DNA of 63,106 nt, counting the filler, from Aduncisulcus paluster (lineage: Eukaryota), in NCBI GenBank assembly GCA_024181965.1. It is 12 parts of 12 records of this genome, joined end to end, with 100 filler letters (N's around TTAATTAATTAA, not from the genome) between each part and the next. Parts side by side here need not be neighbours in the genome. Positions count along the whole stretch, not along the records: positions 8,749 to 11,621 come from BQXS01011445.1; positions 11,722 to 14,748 come from BQXS01011446.1; positions 14,849 to 17,933 come from BQXS01011448.1; positions 18,034 to 21,101 come from BQXS01011449.1; positions 21,202 to 39,429 come from BQXS01011450.1; 7 more parts are not named here. One strand, written 5' to 3'. Both the position numbers and the translations under genes were made by a program. Numbering within the stretch: position 1 is the stretch's first letter; every line of letters starts with the position of its first letter. Shown here in pieces: positions 11,320 through 21,950 of the stretch. The notes beneath the pieces were generated by a model, which worked only from the letters and a program-made list of their open reading frames with translations, was not told where the DNA came from and did no database searches.

Positions 11320-11621
11320 ATGTCCCTTTTAGAACCACCATATTTGAAGGACTTTAATTACTCTTCATGGAATTTATTTATGAAGAATTTTACCGTCTAC
11401 CGAGCAAAAGGTGGTGAGCTGGGTTGGAGAGCTTTGGTGGAACCAAATTTGCTCGAGGCAATCTATCTAACAACAGAAACGAGCGAGGAAACCCCAGAAG
11501 ATGCATTGAAAGCTGCGGTGACAGCTTCGTTCGGGGCCCACTCCACCCAGGAATTCTACGACCGTTTAAAACGGGTGAAACTGACGAAACTCTCCCAGAC
11601 ACAACTGGTCACTTATGTGGC
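11320..11621 (+). mobile_element. Possible LTR-retrotransposon Gag-like ORF start (truncated at contig end)
   Basis: MSLLEPPYLKDFNYSSWNLFMKNFTVYRAKGG...ALKAAVTASFG...YV has a Gag capsid-like pattern. A TG...CA segment (11056-11137) lies upstream on a TE-rich contig. Confidence 0.35.
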
Positions 11622-11721
11622 NNNNNNNNNNNNNNNNNNNNNNNNNNNNNNNNNNNNNNNNNNNNTTAATTAATTAANNNNNNNNNNNNNNNNNNNNNNN
11701 NNNNNNNNNNNNNNNNNNNNN

Positions 11722-12117
11722 ACTTCACGTCAAATCCAAGGAGAGAGAATGGATTCTGCACTTCGTGAGGTTGTGGAGGCAACAGGGACTCTTTCTTCCC
11801 ATCGCTGCATTTGTCAGGTTCCAACGTTCCAAGCCACTCCAAGGCAACGACTTCATCGCTCATGCTCATTGGGACACAGATAGGAACAACCAACGTCTGA
11901 ATATGCATCTTCCTGGGATGGGTTATTCGGGCACAAAGATCCTCAAAGTTGAAGGCTTCATCAGCAGCATGTTGATCCACGAAGTAAAGGCAATCATGCA
12001 CGGAACAGACGATAAACGAACAGTTAAACTGAGCATGGATGTGCAACTGAGAAAAATGGGGCGAAGAGAACGAGAGGGGGGAAAAGGAATTTGAGGGTTA
12101 CTTTTGGAGTCAGACAT
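11722..12117 (-). CDS. PMS2: PMS2/Pms1-type MutL C-terminal endonuclease domain (3'-truncated; 1-nt shift in a C6 run near the start)
   Basis: AQFNCSFIV....LYFVDQHAADEAFNFEDL contains the DQHAx2Ex4E endonuclease motif, followed by IQTLVVP and LGFDV. Confidence 0.8.
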
Positions 12118-12192
12118 GCAAAAGACCCTTGAGAAATTAAGAATATATTATATATAAGTAAATCTCATTCAATTATCAATCTTATTGGCATT

Positions 12193-13881
12193 TTAGGAAT
12201 ATATTCTTGAAAAACTTATCCTTATTTGTTCCATATAACTCTGAACAACTTCAAAAACATCATCCAAGATTGCAGGAATAAGACAATCATTGAAGAAACT
12301 AGCCAGAGAAAGAAGGGAAGATTTCAGATCTTTACATACACACAAAGGTTCCCTCAATATTCCAACAGAATCAACACAAGGAGGAATTGAATCAGGAGGC
12401 AACGAAGGAGATGATAATGAAGGGGCATAAGCAGATGATAGAGTGATTACGCTGTCATCATCAATGGTGTGACCACCGAGAACATACTCGTTATCCACAT
12501 CTGATGAGGTGATCACACTAAATGGATCGATTTTGGGTTCCGAAGATCTTTCCTTCTTCAAACATCCACAAAACAACCAGGCTTTCTCACACTCTCTCCA
12601 GGCTCCTTCACACCATTCAGATTCCTCAGATACACGGACAATGCAACGATAATACTCTTGTAATTTCGATAAGGACGAAGATCCTCGAAACTTGTTCACA
12701 AGAGATGAAAACTTCACCTTCGCTCGGCTTATTTTAGTCATAGACACTGAAGAAGGTTGCATAGTGTACAAAGCATCATCAGATTCCGAGATACTATCCT
12801 GGCGTGATCTTGCCTCTCTGATTTTCCTGTCTTCTGTTTCTTTTCGTAAAGCTCTCCCAGATCCAAAGATCTTGCTCACTTCGGGCAATATATTTGCGTT
12901 AAAGAGTGTTAATATCTTATTAATTGCAACCATTGACGATCTCATAACCTCCGAGAGCTCTGACTTAGGAACAACAGAGGATGTCCCCAATGTTTCTTTA
13001 TGCATCTCTTGCTGTTTCTTCTCTTCCCTTAGTTGTGCTGTCAGGGGAATAATGTGTCTCTCCACAGCTAATCCAGCACGATGAAGATGCGAGGAGAGTT
13101 TTTCGAGGGCAGTTATCTTATGTTGCAGTTGAACAATCTTGGCACTTGCCCTCCACGTGCCAGATGGGATAAATAGTCCATCACATAGGAAGACACCATG
13201 CGAGGAAGTATGAGGATGAGAGATGGATGAAGACAACAGACGCAAAACATCAAGAGAAGACGAAAAGGGAGGGAGAATGGGAACTGAGGGTTGTAAGGGA
13301 GAAGAATCATGTGATGTCTTGATTGCTACCCGTTTTAAAAATGGGAATTCTTCAAATTCAAGGTCGAAAGTAGGAATCTTAAATCCACTAGAAGATGTAG
13401 TTTTCTTGGAAAATAATTTTGAAAAAAAACCTTGATCCCGTTTTTCAACCGATTTTGATTGTGTTTTGAAAGGTCTAGATTGTGATTTATGAGGTTTTGT
13501 TGGCAATTTTTTAGGGTGTTTGGGTATTGAACTTTTAACCTCACTTTCCTTCACAATATCATAGCCCTTCGATGATATTTCCCGAGTTTCATCATCAATT
13601 CTATGATAATCATCCACGGGAAATATCATCGAAGGGCTAAGACTCAGCCTCGATTGTTCTTTTAGTAAGAGCTCAACCCTCGCTTTATAAGAAGGAATTG
13701 AATGTTTCATTGATTGTATTTGAGGAGAATTTTTGTCCGAATGAGAAATTATAGCTTTTTCCATGATTTCGATACATTTCGAATATGATTTACAAGCTTC
13801 TCCATATTTCTGTTGTGTATCAAGTAAAACTGCCTTTTTTGCATAAATAGAAGCTTCATTAATCAACTTTTCTAAACTCAT
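12193..13881 (-). CDS. MIT-domain protein with a helical C-terminal region
   Basis: N-terminal LINEASIYAKKAVLLDTQQKYGEACKSYSKCIE...YKARVELL is a typical MIT domain. No AAA motif follows. Confidence 0.7.
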   Translation of the reverse strand: MSLEKLINEASIYAKKAVLLDTQQKYGEACKSYSKCIEIMEKAIISHSDKNSPQIQSMKHSIPSYKARVELLLKEQSRLSLSPSMIFPVDDYHRIDDETREISSKGYDIVKESEVKSSIPKHPKKLPTKPHKSQSRPFKTQSKSVEKRDQGFFSKLFSKKTTSSSGFKIPTFDLEFEEFPFLKRVAIKTSHDSSPLQPSVPILPPFSSSLDVLRLLSSSISHPHTSSHGVFLCDGLFIPSGTWRASAKIVQLQHKITALEKLSSHLHRAGLAVERHIIPLTAQLREEKKQQEMHKETLGTSSVVPKSELSEVMRSSMVAINKILTLFNANILPEVSKIFGSGRALRKETEDRKIREARSRQDSISESDDALYTMQPSSVSMTKISRAKVKFSSLVNKFRGSSSLSKLQEYYRCIVRVSEESEWCEGAWRECEKAWLFCGCLKKERSSEPKIDPFSVITSSDVDNEYVLGGHTIDDDSVITLSSAYAPSLSSPSLPPDSIPPCVDSVGILREPLCVCKDLKSSLLSLASFFNDCLIPAILDDVFEVVQSYMEQIRISFSRIYS

Positions 13882-14264
13882 TTGATAATGATATTGGCAA
13901 ATGACAGACCAAAAGTGGTTTCTGTTATCTGAGCCTTCATAAACAATTAGAACATCAAATATAAGGAAATTAATGTCTTTATTGAGAATTTTATGTCGGA
14001 AAATCCGGGTCTATATTTTGTTTTACTCATTCTATCGTAGGTTAGAACACAAAGAAGTAATAACCAGTCAATTTAAAACACTCTAAGAAAGAGAGGGAAA
14101 AAAATGATCGAGCACAATTCAATTGAAAACTTCAAGTTTCTCAGGCTGAGAGGATCCTTCCTTGTGTTTCATGGCTTCCTAGCGGAGGGATAGTACAAAT
14201 AATGACGATTCTTTATTTTTGAGTATATTCTGAACCACAAAGTGGCTCCACCATATATTACCGC

Positions 14265-14425
14265 CTCGAAAGGCAATAACACAGGGGGTGAAAAATAAAT
14301 GCTCATTGGTCAAGGTCAAGAACAGGGCGCTTAGAAGAGCCTCCCAATAGAACCTCCCTCCTGAAGAAATGCGTTTTTTACCGGTTCATATATTCCGAAA
14401 CGTCAGGTTGGGGAGAGATCTATCG
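14265..14425 (-). repeat. Dispersed element, copy B (homologous to 4595-4740)
   Basis: The reverse complement carries the same conserved blocks plus a 16-nt insertion between blocks 1 and 2. Confidence 0.8.
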
Positions 14426-14532
14426 GGAGTTGGAGGAACAATAATACTCTATAACCAGAATTGATCAAGAACTGTACAACTGTACGGGAAAAAAAACATG
14501 AACACCATTTGAAAACAAAATTCATCTCTCAC

Positions 14533-14748
14533 CTATTGTTCTTCCTCTTCTTCCTCTTCTTCATTTCTGTACACATATACTTCCTCTTCCTCCTCTTCTT
14601 CTGGAGCAACAAACATTGCAACGGCAGAAGGCGATGTTTTCCCCTTTTCACATATGATCATATCAATATAAGAAGCTGGAGTAGAGTCATATTTATAGCT
14701 TTCTATATGCAAAAATTTGGTCTCTTGACATTCTTGCACAAGATCAGG
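14533..14748 (-). CDS. C-terminal fragment of a hypothetical protein with an acidic tail
   Basis: Open frame from the contig edge to a TAG at 14533, ending in poly-Glu. Confidence 0.4.
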   Translation of the reverse strand, partial: PDLVQECQETKFLHIESYKYDSTPASYIDMIICEKGKTSPSAVAMFVAPEEEEEEEVYVYRNEEEEEEEEQ

Positions 14749-14848
14749 NNNNNNNNNNNNNNNNNNNNNNNNNNNNNNNNNNNNNNNNNNNNTTAATTAA
14801 TTAANNNNNNNNNNNNNNNNNNNNNNNNNNNNNNNNNNNNNNNNNNNN

Positions 14849-17800
14849 AGAAGAAGAAGACGAAGAAGAAGAAGAAGAAGAGGAGGAGTTATAATCACGA
14901 TAACTGAACAGGGCACACTCGACCTGATACTCATCACTCCACACTTCACGACACACAACATTGTCCGAGGGTGTCATGGAAGACAGAGCATCGGAACAGT
15001 GTGCACAATACGATGAATCTTGAGCAATCAAAGAATCACTGCTACCCACATTCACGGAGAGAGCTGGCGAAAGAGGGAACAGTGCAGCATACACAGTGTC
15101 GGACACATTGCACAGCTTGTTCTCACGCACGTCAAGCGAAGACAGACCAGAGATCGGGAACAAGAGCGAGATGTCCGTGAGACCATTCGAACGGATGGAC
15201 AGGGTGGACAATGCAGGGAACATGCTGAGAGAACGCAAGGAAGTGTCACATAATCCAACAGAATCAAGGGTTAATGTTGTCAGAGAGGGCAGGGACGATA
15301 ATGTTGTCAGGGAGGAAGATAGTGTTGTGGATAAGGGGTTGCTGCTGAGGTAGAGTTCTGTTAATGCATTCATGGAGGAGAGGGCAGAAATGTCTGAGAT
15401 GTTGATAGTGTCAAGATAGAGATTTGTCATTTTTGTCAATCCTGCAAGTGGGGAAATATCAGAAATGCCGATGTTATATCCAAGGTTGAGATTGGATAAT
15501 GATGTCAGAGAGCTCAAGGAAGAGATATCAGAGATATTGTTGGATTGAAGATACAAATTTGCTAATTTCGACATCCCTGAGAGGAATGAAATATCTGAGA
15601 GAGTGTTTGAATTTAAACCCAAAGTAAGCAGCTCAACTTTCTCAGAAAGAACAGAAATGTCTGAAATATTGTTTGTACCAAGGTACAAAATCGACAGCTT
15701 TGACATTCCAGATAGAGCAGAGATATCTGAGATGTTATTGTTATAGAGATACAACTTTGATAATTGGAGCATATTTGAGAGAGATGAAATCGATGATATT
15801 TGGTTATGTCCAAGATGAAGATATGTGAGATTGGTGATGTTGACAAGAGGTGAAACATCTGAGATACTGTTTGAATAAAGATATAGAGTCGTTAAGTTTA
15901 TCATTCCTGATAGAGCAGAGATATCCGAGATGTTATTGTAATAGAGATACAGAGATACTAAATCATCCATGTTTGACAAAGAATCAATGGAAGTAATCTG
16001 ATTAGATCCAAGTTCCAAGGTTGTCAGATTCACCAAATTTTCCAATGGACTCACATCAGATATTTGATTGTTGTACAAATGCAAATACGTTAGATTCACC
16101 ATTCCGGATAGAGCAGAGATTGAGGATATATTATTGATGCCAAGGTGTAAAAATGTCAATTCCACCAAATTTTCTAATGAACTCACATCAGATATTTGAT
16201 TGTTGTACAAATGCAAATAGGTTAGATTCACCATTCCGGATAAATCGGAAATGTCAGATATCTGATTTGAATAAAGGTATAGAATATTCATATCATTCAT
16301 TCCAGATAGAGCAGATATATTTGAAATGTTGTTTGCATTAAGAGCCAAAGTATTGATCTCAGACATCTCAGAAAGATCAGAAATATCCGAAATATTGTTA
16401 TTGCCTAGATATAGAATTGACATCTTTAACATTCCAGAGAGAGCAGAGATATCTGAGATATTGTTTCCTTGGAGCTCTAATCGCACTAGTTCTCCCATTC
16501 CAGATAGAGCAGAGATATCTGATATATTGTTATCTCGAAGGTATAGAATATTCATATCATTCATTCCAGAGAGGGCAGAGATATCCGAGATGTTATTTTC
16601 ATAGAGATACAGATATACTAAATCATCCATATTTGACAAAGAATCAATGGAAGTAATCTGATTAGATCCAAGTTCCAAGGTTGTCAGATTCACCAAACTT
16701 TCCAATGAACTCACACCAGATATTTGATTGTTGTACAAATGCAAATACGTTAGATTCACCATTCCGGATAGAGCAGAGATTGAGGATATATTATTGATGC
16801 CAAGGTGTAAAAATGTCAATTCCACCAAATTTTCTAATGGGCTCACATCAGATATTTGATTGTTGTACAGATGCAAATATGTTAGATTCACCATTCCAGA
16901 TAGAGTAGAGATATCAGAGATAGCGTTTGATTGTAATCTAAGGTCAGTGAGATTGGTGATGTTGACAAGAGGTGAAACATCTGAGATACTGTTTGAATAA
17001 AGATATAGAGTCGTTAAGTTTATCATTCCTGATAGAGCAGAGATATCCGAGATGTTATTGTAATAGAGATACAGAGATACTAAATCATCCATGTTTGACA
17101 AAGAATCAATGGAAGTAATCTGATTAGATCCAAGTTCCAAGGTTGTCAGATTCACCAAATTTTCCAATGGACTCACATCAGATATTTGATTGTTGTACAG
17201 ATACAAATAGGTTAGATTCACCATTCCAGATAAATCCGAAATGTCAGATATCTGATTTGAATAAAGGTATAGAATATTCATATCATTCATTCCAGATAGA
17301 GCAGAGATTGAGGATATATTATTGATGCCAAGGTGTAAAAATGTCAATTCCACCAAACTTTCCAATGGACTCACATCAGATATTTGATTGTTGTACAAAT
17401 GCAAATACGTTAGATTCACCATTCCGGATAGAGCAGAGATATCTGAGATAATATTGTCTCGCAAGGTCAACTCAACAAGCTGCTCCTCAACACCACTCAA
17501 AGAACCAAGAACACTATGAGAGTCTGTCAATCCAGTGTTTCTCAGATCAAGCTTTGTTAACATTGTGAATGCGGATAAAGACACATCCTCAGATAATACA
17601 ATGTTCTGCAGATACAATGTGGATAAGGATGACGTTGGAAGATACCCAATCTCTGTCGAGTCAATCTCAAGGTCAGATGTGGATGTGCCATCGATGGTGA
17701 GTGATGCAAGGTCCGTAGCATAAGACAATCCTTCGAAGGTGTCAACAGAGGACGCACTGAGGGAAGTCAACGACAGCATGTCAATATTGGTTATGACTGG

Positions 17801-17933
17801 ACAATTAGCAGGAAGCCCAATAGAACTAACGAGAGCAGAACACACAGCAGCTCGAAGGTTTGCATCGGGGATGGATATTGAAAATTCACACACAACCTCA
17901 TCCCATTTCCCAATACAATCAGAATGCACAGAA
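14849..17933 (-). CDS. Internalin-like leucine-rich-repeat protein (more than 30 x 22-aa LRRs); both ends truncated
   Basis: IPDANLRAAVCSAL...ITNIDMLSLTSL...EGLSYATDL cap, then LxxLxLxxNxISDISxLSxM repeats, then a Cys-rich cap (NKLC...C..C...NVVCREVW...VEC). Confidence 0.9.
15360..17479 (-). repeat. Array of ~32 66-bp LRR-coding units with recurring near-identical cassettes
   Basis: For example the unit encoding LTTLELGSNQITSIDSLSNMDD occurs 3 times and LTYL(H/Y)LYNNQIS(D/G)VSxLExLV 6 times, with near-identical DNA. Confidence 0.9.
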
Positions 17934-18033
17934 NNNNNNNNNNNNNNNNNNNNNNNNNNNNNNNNNNNNNNNNNNNNTTAATTAATTAANNNNNNNNNNN
18001 NNNNNNNNNNNNNNNNNNNNNNNNNNNNNNNNN

Positions 18034-19515
18034 GAGGCCATAATTTGCATTGATCCTGACATGAAATTCTCCCCCTTAACACATCCTGATAATCCAAAAT
18101 CCAAGGATCAATTTGAATTAGATGATGACATTGATGAACAGGTCAGACACTATCGTTTTGTCCCTGGTGTTGATGAAATGTCTTTTAGAAAGATTCAACG
18201 CAAATTAAATCGACAAAGGAAGGCAAGTTTACATGTTTGGGGTAAAGTTGATGATATTAAAAAGGAAATGATGGAGAGAAAGAAAGAAAAGATCCTCCTT
18301 CGCAAAAGCCAACAGAGTGAAGCTGATAAGAAGATAAAAGAAGAAATTGATGAAGGATATGAAGAGGAAGATTATGCCAAATCTGAAGAAGAGATGAGAG
18401 AATCGCCTCTTTCCGATGTTGGTTTTGGAGGCGAAGAAGAGGAAGAACAATGGGGATTTTTTGATGAAGATGATGCCGAAGGGAGCGAAGGTCGCGAGAA
18501 ATCACCCGATAACTATGGATCTGATGACCGTCCGAGTGATCAATCCGGAGATATGTTCGATTCTGAGTTCCATCCCAAACGTCAAGCTGTTGGGCATGAG
18601 GATGCTGATAGCCAAGAAGAAAAAGAATATGACGGTCCAAGAAGTGACATGGGAACATATTCAACCGGACAAGGACCAACAGGATCTCAAGATACTGGAG
18701 ATTCACGCCTTAAGAAAAGAGGCAGTCGAAGCTCTGATCAAGATAGCGAAGCAAAGGATCTTGGTGATGAATCTGCAGACTCTGGTGCGAAACTCGATAT
18801 TACTCCTCCAACTCCCGGTGAGATTATGTTAGAGTATCCCCAAATATATCAGTTTGAGAAAGAATTAACAGAGGACAGATTCTATTCTGTTAAAACCAGA
18901 GATCAACGAGTGAGAATGACAAGTGTTCCTCTTGACCTTGCTGACCATGACTTGGAGCAAAAAGTCCGAGAATCTTCTCTCATGCGAAAACGACGCCTGG
19001 CCTTCATGGATATATTTATGCCCCACTGCAATGTTGATATCAGAATCTCCGCTTCAAGAGAAGAGAAAGACCTTCGAGTCGATCCTGAAGGTACACTTTG
19101 TTCGGCCGGAGATGCTGAGCTTGAAGATGTGGTGCCCGTAACGGCTGAAGATGTCTTTATTGCCGACAAGACCCTCAAGATGGAAACCCGAGGAAAGCTA
19201 AAAAGTGTTGGCAATTCGTTCGTTGTCAATCGGCTTGGACAAGTCACTGGTATTGATGTTAGAAAAAAGAATAGGTTGAGTGTGTTCCGTTGGCCCTTTC
19301 GAATTGATGTTACACGAGTCCATGTATATAACATGATGACACTGAAACACCAAGATGTGAGGGAAGTTGAGCTGGAATTTTATGATGTCGATGCATTGAG
19401 GGAAGAGAAACTAAAGATGATGGATGGGAAACCTTCAAAGTTCATGGATCTTTGCTTTGCTTTTACTTCAAATATTAGATCATTTTGTGAAGTTATTTCA
19501 GAGGATGGGATTTAA
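18034..19515 (+). CDS. CET1: mRNA-capping RNA 5'-triphosphatase, Cet1/CYTH (triphosphate tunnel metalloenzyme) type; 5'-truncated
   Basis: RFVPGVDEMSF, RVRMT, DIFMPHCNVDIRISASREE, RKKNRLSV..FRIDVTRV and motif C REVELEF. Confidence 0.8.
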   Translation, partial: EAIICIDPDMKFSPLTHPDNPKSKDQFELDDDIDEQVRHYRFVPGVDEMSFRKIQRKLNRQRKASLHVWGKVDDIKKEMMERKKEKILLRKSQQSEADKKIKEEIDEGYEEEDYAKSEEEMRESPLSDVGFGGEEEEEQWGFFDEDDAEGSEGREKSPDNYGSDDRPSDQSGDMFDSEFHPKRQAVGHEDADSQEEKEYDGPRSDMGTYSTGQGPTGSQDTGDSRLKKRGSRSSDQDSEAKDLGDESADSGAKLDITPPTPGEIMLEYPQIYQFEKELTEDRFYSVKTRDQRVRMTSVPLDLADHDLEQKVRESSLMRKRRLAFMDIFMPHCNVDIRISASREEKDLRVDPEGTLCSAGDAELEDVVPVTAEDVFIADKTLKMETRGKLKSVGNSFVVNRLGQVTGIDVRKKNRLSVFRWPFRIDVTRVHVYNMMTLKHQDVREVELEFYDVDALREEKLKMMDGKPSKFMDLCFAFTSNIRSFCEVISEDGI

Positions 19516-20116
19516 AGTTTTTTAAATTTTCCATCATGGGAAGCAAATCATCCCTAAATATATACTTAAATACTCTGTATGCGATTTGAACCAGATCTAG
19601 TGAATGTTCAGTATAATGGAATTTTTTAGAATGGACTCAAATTTGATCTCTAACATATTTATATATATAAATTATATATAAACAATCATTCATCTCTTAT
19701 TGATTTTGAATATATGTAAATATTTTATATTATTAATTTAATTTACTAAGATGCTCAATTGGACAATTGTTGTTCACAAGATTAACAATCCTTACGAAGA
19801 TACAACTGTTTAAAACTAATTCAAACTCGTATCAAATTTAAAAGAATTAAAATATCATATTTTAAAGATCAGCATATTGATTGCTGAAGAATGATTCATA
19901 CTATAGAATAAGAAATTTGATATAGCCTTTGAAAAGGTGAGTTTTAGGCAAAGAAATCATTTTTTCTGACATGACAATAAAATCTTTGCTATAAAAAAAG
20001 ACTCAACACATATTGAAGCGCCTTGCATGAGACTCGATAGGATGAGAAGGAAGATAATGCTTTCATTAGAAGAACACCCATGGCTTCAATCAGATACTAA
20101 ATTTTCAAAGAATTTC

Positions 20117-21101
20117 TTATTTAAAATTAAAATATATTTCAACACACATAGCCGTTTCCTCAAGAAAATGGTAGGTTCTCTGCCGAAAAGTTCTTTCATT
20201 GGAAAAAGACATTCTAACCAAATGTTGACACACATCTATTGGTCTATGGATATCATACTCCCCAACTTTATCATGATCACAACCAGAGGGCGATAGTAAT
20301 TTCAATTGACACTTTTCCCCACTAATGATGTCATGAAAATGATTTTCGATACCATTTTCAGCATAGTAATTGAATTCTCTCAATGTATAAACAATACAAA
20401 GAGGGAAGGAAATTTCAATGAAGGTATCCATCCCAGAATCAACTATTTGTTGTTTGCTTGTCACAATTCTTGGAATCATATGAACTGGAGGTAATGAAAG
20501 CAAATACTTAGATAGTTCAGTCCGAGCAACAGATTGGCAAATAGGATCCACTATTTTAGTGTAATACTTTCCTCTTGGCCTTGATCTATACATATGCCTA
20601 TACAGTGAAGTCAATGCATGATCCAACATCTTTGGAGATATTTTTGGAATTAACGCCGGGATTGTGGAAAACGATGCAATGAGAGAACCCCAATGCTCAA
20701 GACACTGCGGGCCACATCCTGTGAGCGATGACAACCATTCATCAAGGAACTCGTTGACACATTCAAACACTTCGACACCATGCTCAGCGTCACAACAAAG
20801 GTTGGAGAAGAATTTTAATGCATGGCTGTGATCATCCACAGCAAGCTGCTGGCCTTTGCATTCATTGCGGACAAGATCCAAAACGGGATGGAAAAAGCAC
20901 CAGGCTTCTTCACAAAGCGGGGGGTTCGGATAACCAGTTTTGGGCAATGTGGTGAGCTTTGAGAGAATAATTATCATCTGTCCAATGTGTTTGCTGTCGG
21001 AATAGAGAGTCAACCATGAGCCAATATATGGTTTGATGAGGGACATCAAGGCGACACGAGTGGGTAACGAGTCTGCATTGGCGATATTGCGTATTGGACG
21101 A
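20117..21101 (-). CDS. Helical (ARM/HEAT-like) repeat hypothetical protein, 5'-truncated
   Basis: Repeated helical pattern (LIKPYIGSWL / VNEFLDEWL; ILSKLTTLP / LIASFSTIP) in an open frame of more than 310 aa. Confidence 0.55.
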
Positions 21102-21201
21102 NNNNNNNNNNNNNNNNNNNNNNNNNNNNNNNNNNNNNNNNNNNNTTAATTAATTAANNNNNNNNNNNNNNNNNNNNNNNNNNNNNNNNNNNNNNNNNNN
21201 N

Positions 21202-21928
21202 AACAGCAGCAACAATCTCTCATTTTATGCCATCTTTCAGAAGGAGCATTTCCAAATAAATCGAGACATTTCGCATTAAATCCATTCAAAAACTCTCCGC
21301 TGCGTTTGTGGTCACTCACATTCATGGAAAAACCTTTACATTTTTGAGGAGGAGGTGATTTCTTGGGTGATATTGAAGGTAGATATTTCTTATGCAACTT
21401 CTTCCTTTGTCCCTTTTTGGAGATATGATTTGTTTTTGAGAAGAGAGAGGAAGAAGAGGTGTTGGGGACAATTCTAATAATAGATTGGGGCTTCACGGGA
21501 GATTCTTGAGAAGATCCAAGGGAATGTAACCCAAGAGAAGCTCTCTCAAGTTGTTTCTCACATAAATGATCAACGGACTCACGCAGACGCCTTCGATATG
21601 ATTCTGTAAGAATTGGAGTCGGCGTCGGAGCCGATGCACCCAAAACTGGGATTTTATCGGGATATCTTGCTTTCGAACTTCGGGACAATCGATATTCTTT
21701 CCGTTTAGCCGGATTTCTATCATTATGAATCTGAAGTTTGGTGGAATAAGACATATGATGTCTCATTGGTGGAGTTGCAGGGAGGAATCCAATGGGAACT
21801 TGCATATAGCATAATAATCGACATAAAGGTATCCTAGTAGCCTTCGGTTGCACAATAGCTTGCGATTTATGCGGTAAAAGTGTCTGATTCTCAGGAATTG
21901 GGAGGGTATGCCCCATTATTTGTCCCAT
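21202..21928 (-). CDS. Basic, Ser/Pro-rich hypothetical protein N-terminus (3'-truncated)
   Basis: Open frame of about 240 aa running into the linker; no recognised domain. Confidence 0.5.
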
Positions 21929-21950
21929 TTTGAAAATGGGACAAATAATG
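21914..21950. repeat. Perfect 18-bp inverted repeat with a 1-nt spacer
   Basis: CATTATTTGTCCCATTTT-G-AAAATGGGACAAATAATG. Confidence 0.95.
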
